From a virus (Duplodnaviria > Caudoviricetes), in IMG/VR virus record IMGVR_UViG_3300032884_000230, positions 1-33,688 of that record: a stretch of 33,688 nt of DNA. One strand, given 5' to 3'. Positions 27,962 to 33,688 of the stretch are shown here, one piece after another; the stretch's first letter is position 1, and every line of letters begins with the position of its first letter. Both the position numbers and the translations under genes were made by a program. The notes under the pieces are model-generated. The model made no database searches and was not told the origin of the DNA. It was given only the letters and a program-made list of their open reading frames with translations.

Positions 27962-27990
27962 AGTATATCAAAATGAAAACCATATGTCAA
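27962..27990 (-). promoter_or_regulatory. Near-consensus sigma70 promoter
   Basis: Minus strand TTGACA-17 nt-TATACT with TG extension. Confidence 0.85.
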
Positions 27991-28023
27991 GTCAATTTAA
28001 AAATTTAGACTATATATATTATT

Positions 28024-29892
28024 ATGGATTCAAATGCATTAAACATCCCAGAACATGTTATATGTCCTGATTTAAAATTTATTTCACAAAATAAACCTTC
28101 TTTTTATTATCAACATAAGAAGGTAAAAGATATAGTACAATCACCAGAATGGAAAATATATAGTCAATTCTATAATTTTGATAAATATGAATTAGAAATT
28201 GATATTACTGAAACTGACGACAGTAAAGAAAAATATGATCGAGCAAGACAAGAAATAGAATTTGAAAAATGTGTCAGAAGTTTTTCTTATTTTTGTCACA
28301 AATATGTTAAAATATTTCACCCAATGGATGGGCTGATTCCATGCATTTTATATGGATATCAAAGAACTGTAATAAAACAATATGAAAATAAAAAGAAAAG
28401 ATTTAACATTCTTTCTAAATTTCGTCAGGGGGGATTGACTACAACTGCTGTTTTGTGGGCATTATGGCGTTGTATGTTTAAAACAGATCAAAAAATTCTA
28501 TTAGTATCTAAAACTGACCGTGAAGCTATTGATGCTGGTGAAATTAGTCGTAGAGCTTTAGAAAATCTTCCTGCTTGGTTAAAACCAATAATGGATGCGT
28601 CAAGCAAACATGAAAAAATATTTAAAGAAACTGGTTCTCAATTAAATTTTTATACTCCAGAAGCGGCTCGTGGTAAAGCTTGTACAGTCATTATTGTAGA
28701 TGAAGCTGCGTTTATTGATAATATGGAAACTCACTGGGCTGCTATTTTCCCAGTTATTTCTACTGGCGGTGCATGTGTTATTATTTCTACAGTTAATGGA
28801 CTTGGAAATTGGTATGAAGAAACTTATCATTTAGCCGAAGCTAATCAAAACCCATTTAATGTAATTCAAATTGATTACTGGGAACATCCTGATTATTGTG
28901 ATCCAAAATGGGCTGCTGAAATGCGTGCTAATCTTGGAGAACGACGCTGGCAACAAGAAATTTTAAGAAATTTCCTTGGGTCTGGTGAGACTTATATTCC
29001 AGCACATATTATTACTGAATTAATTGATCAAACTAGATATAAAATGCCTTTGCGTATTTTAATGCCTAAATGGTGTAATAGAAATGAAATGCAACATGAT
29101 TGGGAAAAAGGAGCATTGTGGATTTGGAAAGAACCTTATGATGGACATGAATATATAATAGGAGCGGATTGTGCTGAAGGTATTAGCGATGGAGGTGATA
29201 ATAGTGCTTTTCAAGTTCTTGATATGGAAACTTTAGAACAAGTAGCAGAATTTTATAGCAATAGTATAACTCCTAATAATTATGCACAAGTCTTAGAACA
29301 AATAGGAAGATATTATAATACCGCTTTGGTTATTATTGAAACAAATGGAGTTGGAAGTGCTGTAGCTAGTGCTTTACAACTTGGATTAGGATATGATAAT
29401 CTTTATTTTGCAGGAAATAATTCTGATAAATCTGGAGTTAAAATAGGTCAAAATAATAGAAATGTTTATTTAGAATCTATACAAAATAGATTGTTGGCTG
29501 GAACTTTAACCATAAATAGTATACGTTTGGTTCATGAATTAAAAACATTTATTTATCATCGACAACATAAACGGGCAGAAGCTTTAAAAGGAAAACATGA
29601 TGATGCAATTTTATCAATGTGCTCGGCTCTTATGACGAGAGATGCATTAATTCATGACCTGCCTGTTGGGATGGGAGTGCCAGAAGAAACAACAAAAGTT
29701 TTTAAATCTGATGTGTATGAAGAAATTAGACAAGAAATTCTCAGAGGCTCACCAGAAGATTTGTTTGGAGGTGAAGACGAATTGTTGATGCCCTTTATGG
29801 ACTTCGATGATAGCAATGATGGCGGAGGAGCAGGATTGGTCTACGAAGATAGTAGACGAAATAGTTGGATCTTAAAAGAATTTTCGTGGTAG
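28024..29892 (+). CDS. terL: Terminase large subunit (T4 gp17-like)
   Basis: LYGYQ, KFRQGGLTT Walker A variant, IIVDEAAF Walker B, ISTVNG, nuclease IGADCAEG..D.SA and HDDAILS. Confidence 0.96.
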   Translation: MDSNALNIPEHVICPDLKFISQNKPSFYYQHKKVKDIVQSPEWKIYSQFYNFDKYELEIDITETDDSKEKYDRARQEIEFEKCVRSFSYFCHKYVKIFHPMDGLIPCILYGYQRTVIKQYENKKKRFNILSKFRQGGLTTTAVLWALWRCMFKTDQKILLVSKTDREAIDAGEISRRALENLPAWLKPIMDASSKHEKIFKETGSQLNFYTPEAARGKACTVIIVDEAAFIDNMETHWAAIFPVISTGGACVIISTVNGLGNWYEETYHLAEANQNPFNVIQIDYWEHPDYCDPKWAAEMRANLGERRWQQEILRNFLGSGETYIPAHIITELIDQTRYKMPLRILMPKWCNRNEMQHDWEKGALWIWKEPYDGHEYIIGADCAEGISDGGDNSAFQVLDMETLEQVAEFYSNSITPNNYAQVLEQIGRYYNTALVIIETNGVGSAVASALQLGLGYDNLYFAGNNSDKSGVKIGQNNRNVYLESIQNRLLAGTLTINSIRLVHELKTFIYHRQHKRAEALKGKHDDAILSMCSALMTRDALIHDLPVGMGVPEETTKVFKSDVYEEIRQEILRGSPEDLFGGEDELLMPFMDFDDSNDGGGAGLVYEDSRRNSWILKEFSW

Positions 29893-29929
29893 GTTTGATT
29901 TTAAATAATTTATCTGGTATAAATAAAAT

Positions 29930-30244
29930 ATGAAAAACAAAGAAATTAAGTTTTATATCGAACAAGCAATAAGAAAATTGCCCACAAATGATGCAAATGG
30001 TGTAAAATATTGTCTAAAAAAAGCAATAACTCTTTTAAATCAATCCGAAACTCAAGAAATAGTTCCAGTTGCTAAAAAAATCAATGAACAATATGATTTT
30101 CAAACTATAAATAATACAACTAATGCTAAAAAAGTGATGGTTGGACTTGATTGTATGATTGAACAAGAAAAAAATAAATTAGAAGAAATTTTAAATAGAA
30201 AGAAGAAAAAAGATGATGAAAACGTGGAACAAATTTTTGGATGA
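29930..30244 (+). CDS. Hypothetical protein
   Basis: 104-aa helical ORF; TATAAATA at 29918-29925 just upstream. Confidence 0.7.
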   Translation: MKNKEIKFYIEQAIRKLPTNDANGVKYCLKKAITLLNQSETQEIVPVAKKINEQYDFQTINNTTNAKKVMVGLDCMIEQEKNKLEEILNRKKKKDDENVEQIFG

Positions 30245-30758
30245 AAAAGAAAATAATGATCACGATTTTTCATCAACTCAAATAAATCTGCCTAAAAAAT
30301 TGGCTGATGAAATAATAGCCTGGGGTCGTGAACATATTCCTAATTCGTTTTTGTATAATAACGATAAAGGTAGAGAAAATGAAATTCATGTAACGGCTCT
30401 ATACGGACTTAGAGATAAAAAACCAGATAAAGTTAAAGAAGTTTTAAAAGATCAAAAATCAGTAAAATTAAAATTAGGTAAAATTAGTGCGTTTATCGAT
30501 AATGGAGAATATGATGTAATTAAAATTGATGTAAATAGTCCTAATTTACATAAATTACATAAATTATTAAAATCATTGCCACATTGTGATTCCCATCCAA
30601 AATATATTCCACATGTTACTCTTGCTTATGTTAAAAAAGGAAAAGGAAAAAGAATTATTGGAAATGGAATTTTTGATGGAGAAATAATCGAATCAGATAA
30701 ACTAACCTTTAATTCTTTTAATGGAGAAAAAACCGAAATTAAATTAACCAAAGGATGA
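30213..30758 (+). CDS. 2H phosphoesterase, Acb1 (T4 57B)-like
   Basis: Two HxT motifs: IHVTALYG and YIPHVTLAY; size and spacing of the LigT/Acb1 family. Confidence 0.88.
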   Translation: MMKTWNKFLDEKENNDHDFSSTQINLPKKLADEIIAWGREHIPNSFLYNNDKGRENEIHVTALYGLRDKKPDKVKEVLKDQKSVKLKLGKISAFIDNGEYDVIKIDVNSPNLHKLHKLLKSLPHCDSHPKYIPHVTLAYVKKGKGKRIIGNGIFDGEIIESDKLTFNSFNGEKTEIKLTKG

Positions 30759-30759
30759 T

Positions 30760-30843
30760 ATGATTGATTTAATTGTCTTGATTATAGGAATACCATTATT
30801 TATAATTTTAGTATTTTATGCTTTAACTAGGAAAAAAATATGA
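30760..30843 (+). CDS. 27-aa single-pass membrane peptide (not in ORF track)
   Basis: MIDLIVLIIGIPLFIILVFYALTRKKI*; AAGGA at 30751-30755; exactly fills the gap; stop overlaps the next ATG (ATGA). Confidence 0.65.
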   Translation: MIDLIVLIIGIPLFIILVFYALTRKKI

Positions 30844-31547
30844 GTGTCGCAGGTTATGTTACTTTATCTACTCCTTATTTTGGATTACAAAAAATAAATT
30901 GGTTTTATGAAAATAAACCAAATGAGCGATTTTTAGTTTATTGTTGGGATTTTTCTAAAAATGATTTCACTCTAAGTTGGGCTTATGATATTAAAAAAAT
31001 TAAAATAGAAAAAACAATTAGAGTTAAATTAGACGATGGATCTTCTTTTGTAACCAATCCAGATCATAAAGTGTTGTTAAGAACTAATGAATGGAATGAA
31101 ATAAAAAACCTTGATTTTGGAGATCATTTATTGGCTTTTAATAAATTAAAACCAAATATTCATTTTAATGCAAGTTTAAAAACAAAACAATTTCCAAGAA
31201 TTTATACACATACTCATGGATGGAAAAATGAACGACAATTTATTGATGAATGGCGAACTAATACAATAAAAGATGAAGATAAAAAACAATATTTTATTAA
31301 TAAAATAGTATCAGAAAATTTGCCAATTAAAGAATTGTGTAGAATTCTAGAAATGGATGTCATTACATTAAAAAGTAAAATAAAACGAGCAGGATATTCT
31401 ATAAAAGAATTAAACCAACTTGGAAAAGAAACAGATTATAGAAGAATTATTGGCGTTGAAGCATGGAAAGAAGTTGATGTATACACCTTGTCTGTAGAAA
31501 AACATATGAATTTCTGCGTAGAATCTGTAGTGCTAATTTCTAATTAA
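30840..31547 (+). CDS. Free-standing intein/Hint-domain protein without exteins
   Basis: Block A SVAGYVTLSTPYFG from residue 2, block B VTNPDHKVL, LDFGDHL, block F VDVYTLSVEKHMNF, block G VVLISN-stop. Confidence 0.85.
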   Translation: MSVAGYVTLSTPYFGLQKINWFYENKPNERFLVYCWDFSKNDFTLSWAYDIKKIKIEKTIRVKLDDGSSFVTNPDHKVLLRTNEWNEIKNLDFGDHLLAFNKLKPNIHFNASLKTKQFPRIYTHTHGWKNERQFIDEWRTNTIKDEDKKQYFINKIVSENLPIKELCRILEMDVITLKSKIKRAGYSIKELNQLGKETDYRRIIGVEAWKEVDVYTLSVEKHMNFCVESVVLISN

Positions 31548-32129
31548 TTTCAAATTTAATTGATTAAATAAATAAAAATATTGCTCGTAATAATCTTCTG
31601 CTTGCTGCCTAATAATATAAGGAACATCATCATCTTTGTTCTTTATAAATAAATCTGGCTCTGATAGCAAGGGTTCTTTTAATTCTAAATATTGATCAAT
31701 TAAATCTAATCCCTTTCCATCCGCTAAATTGTTCCAAGTAAGAAAAACAGCACCAGGAGTTTGATGTGCCATTTCATACAAACGACGTAATCTAAAACAA
31801 TAATAATTAAAGCCCGTTTCTGGTGTGTAATGATATTTAGATATTAATTCGTTCATTGTATCCGTTCCAGATCGAATACAATAAATAAACTTCAAACAAG
31901 AATAAAGAGATTTGTTTGAAAAATTAATATTAAAAAGAATGTGATCTCCAAAAATCGCAGCAGAATTGTTTAATTTGTGCTTGTTAGATTTTAAGGATTC
32001 AAGATCGCTTATTCCTTCGTAAATTATATTAGATTCTGATACCTGAATTCTTTCGTTTTTATTCAGAATCTTAATTAATTCAGAAGAACCAGATGCTAGA
32101 TGACTAGTAATAAGAACTATTCTGTTCAT
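31533..32129 (-). CDS. Divergent sulfotransferase-fold (P-loop) protein
   Basis: LITSHLASGSSELIKILNKN ~ 5'-PSB xxRSGTT.L..L; KFIYCIR ~ 3'-PB KxIxxxRxP; key residues altered. Confidence 0.6.
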   Translation of the reverse strand: MNRIVLITSHLASGSSELIKILNKNERIQVSESNIIYEGISDLESLKSNKHKLNNSAAIFGDHILFNINFSNKSLYSCLKFIYCIRSGTDTMNELISKYHYTPETGFNYYCFRLRRLYEMAHQTPGAVFLTWNNLADGKGLDLIDQYLELKEPLLSEPDLFIKNKDDDVPYIIRQQAEDYYEQYFYLFNQLNLKLIRN

Positions 32130-32207
32130 ATTTTAAAAAAATTATTACCTTTTAACCACTAACTATATTAGTATGGCAAAAATATTCTGTAAAATATAGG
32201 AATGAAT

Positions 32208-33688
32208 ATGGCAGTTTGGGATTCTTTATATAAAATTTGGAATTATTCTTTTGAACTTGACCCACTAGAAAAAAGGGCAAAAAGAGATATTACTGGTGCT
32301 GGTGTTACCCTTCCTGATGCTATGCCACAACCAGGACAAGATGGAAGTATGACTGGTGGCGGAAGGGGATCGGTTAGGCTAAGAGATAGTAAAGATTTTA
32401 TTGACCTTTCTACTATCACTAATCGTTCTTCAAGATATAAAGAATATGAACGCTTGAGAAATGTGCCTGAAATTGAAATGGCTATGGAAATCTATGCTGA
32501 TGAAGCTTGTCAAATTGGTGAAAATGGACATATTTTTGATGTCGTTATTGATAATGAATTCGTTAAAGAAGAATTAGAATGGTTGTTTTTTCATCGTAGA
32601 ATGTTAAATTTAGATGATCCTACTGTTGGATGGAATTTAGTTAAAAAATTATTCATATTTGGAGATCATTTTTCTGAATTGCTTATGAACCCAGAAAATC
32701 CTAAAGATGGCATTATTGGTATGACGGATCTTCCCTGTGAATCTATGTACCGAATTGAAACCACTAAAGGTAAATTAATAGAATTTCAACAGTCTAATGA
32801 AGGACCAGATTATCAAAGCTTAACTCGTGCCCCAGTTACACAAGCTACAGAATCTGAAATAATGCAAACAACTGCAATTAGATTTACAGCAGAACAAATT
32901 ATACATTGGAGAGTTGGTGATGAAAGAAAAACATTCTATCCGTATGGTGTAAGCTTAGTTGAAGCAGCAAGAGGACCAGCACATCAACTTCGCCTTATGG
33001 AAGATGCAATGGTGGTATACAGGCTAACACGCGCGCCTGAGAGACGGGTGTTTTACATTGACGTAGGCACTTTATCTCCAGCTAGAGCAGAAGCATTTGT
33101 TGATCGTATTAAATCCCAATTTAGAAAAAGAAAAATTACTTCAAATCAAAGTGGAGGAAAAACAGGAGCTTCGGCAGTTGATGAAAGATGGCATCCACCT
33201 TCTCAGGATGAAGATTACTGGTTGCCAACTCGTCCTCAGTCAAATACAAAAATAGATACGTTGCCAGGTGCTCAGAATCTTGGGGAAATTGACGACGCTT
33301 TATATTTTAGAAACAAGCTTTTTACAGCATTAAAATTCCCCAAAAGTTATTTTTCTAATGAAGATGTGCAAACTACAAGAATTAGTTTGTCTGCTCAAGA
33401 TGTAAAGTTTGCAAGAATTATTGAAAGATTACAAGCTCACGTTGCTGCTGGATTTATGCAATTAGCAGAAAGACACTTACAACTTCTTGGTGTTCCAGAA
33501 GATGATTATAAAGATTTGAAAATAAAAATGACTCCACCTTCTGATTGGCGTGAATTAACACGTCAAGAAATAGTTACAGCACGTATTTCTAATGCTAATA
33601 GCTTAAAAGGCTCTATGATTATGTCTGACTTTGATATTTCTACAAAAATTATGAAATATAGCGAAGATGAAACAGAAGAAATGCAAGC
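32208..33688 (+). CDS. Portal protein (T4 gp20-like), 3' truncated by the window
   Basis: Translated by hand: MAVWDSL..PEIEMAMEIYADEAC..QLRLMEDAMVVYRLTRAPERRVFYIDVG..EDYWLP..IDTLPGAQNLGEIDD; SD TAGGA. Confidence 0.96.
   Translation, partial: MAVWDSLYKIWNYSFELDPLEKRAKRDITGAGVTLPDAMPQPGQDGSMTGGGRGSVRLRDSKDFIDLSTITNRSSRYKEYERLRNVPEIEMAMEIYADEACQIGENGHIFDVVIDNEFVKEELEWLFFHRRMLNLDDPTVGWNLVKKLFIFGDHFSELLMNPENPKDGIIGMTDLPCESMYRIETTKGKLIEFQQSNEGPDYQSLTRAPVTQATESEIMQTTAIRFTAEQIIHWRVGDERKTFYPYGVSLVEAARGPAHQLRLMEDAMVVYRLTRAPERRVFYIDVGTLSPARAEAFVDRIKSQFRKRKITSNQSGGKTGASAVDERWHPPSQDEDYWLPTRPQSNTKIDTLPGAQNLGEIDDALYFRNKLFTALKFPKSYFSNEDVQTTRISLSAQDVKFARIIERLQAHVAAGFMQLAERHLQLLGVPEDDYKDLKIKMTPPSDWRELTRQEIVTARISNANSLKGSMIMSDFDISTKIMKYSEDETEEMQ

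Noticed and set aside
691-28830. Other short nested or antisense ORFs (691, 4233, 4674, 10800, 16964, 18612, 18713, 21895, 22212, 22930, 24706, 26402, 27620, 28642)
   Set aside because: They lie within longer, better supported genes and show no motifs
30840-31547. Half of a split intein
   Set aside because: Both N- and C-terminal splicing blocks are in the same ORF, and no partner fragment is seen in terL or the visible part of the portal
1-33688. Stop-codon reassignment
   Set aside because: Terminase, primase and other genes are full length under code 11; TAA, TAG and TGA all end genes, and coding density is high
1-33688. tRNA, rRNA or group I/II introns
   Set aside because: Intergenic gaps are short and AT-rich, with no cloverleaf or intron core recognised

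Overview
AT-rich, densely coding (standard genetic code) segment of a large T4-like/jumbo tailed phage genome. Core phage genes: gp17-type large terminase (28024-29892), gp20-type portal (starts about 32208, runs off the window, missing from the ORF track), primase, Cas4/RecB-like nuclease and several virion proteins, including three tandem paralogous PKD-type proteins. Accessory genes: solo TnpB with an intact IS200/IS605 right end and omegaRNA, GIY-YIG homing endonuclease, actin-like ATPase, GT9 and degenerate glyco/sulfo-transferase-like genes, thermolysin-like protease, 78% acidic mini-protein, WYL-like and Sm-like proteins. The most unusual stretch lies between terminase and portal. It holds an Acb1-like 2H phosphoesterase with a T4 capsid-targeting-like N-terminus, an unannotated 27-aa membrane peptide, and a free-standing intein with no exteins (Ser start, terminal Asn-stop, internal HTH-like segment). 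A recurrent ACTA-W3-TA motif, often quasi-palindromic between divergent genes or 13-15 nt before SD-less ATGs, may be a phage-specific promoter. All family calls come from motif recognition by eye; no searches were run.
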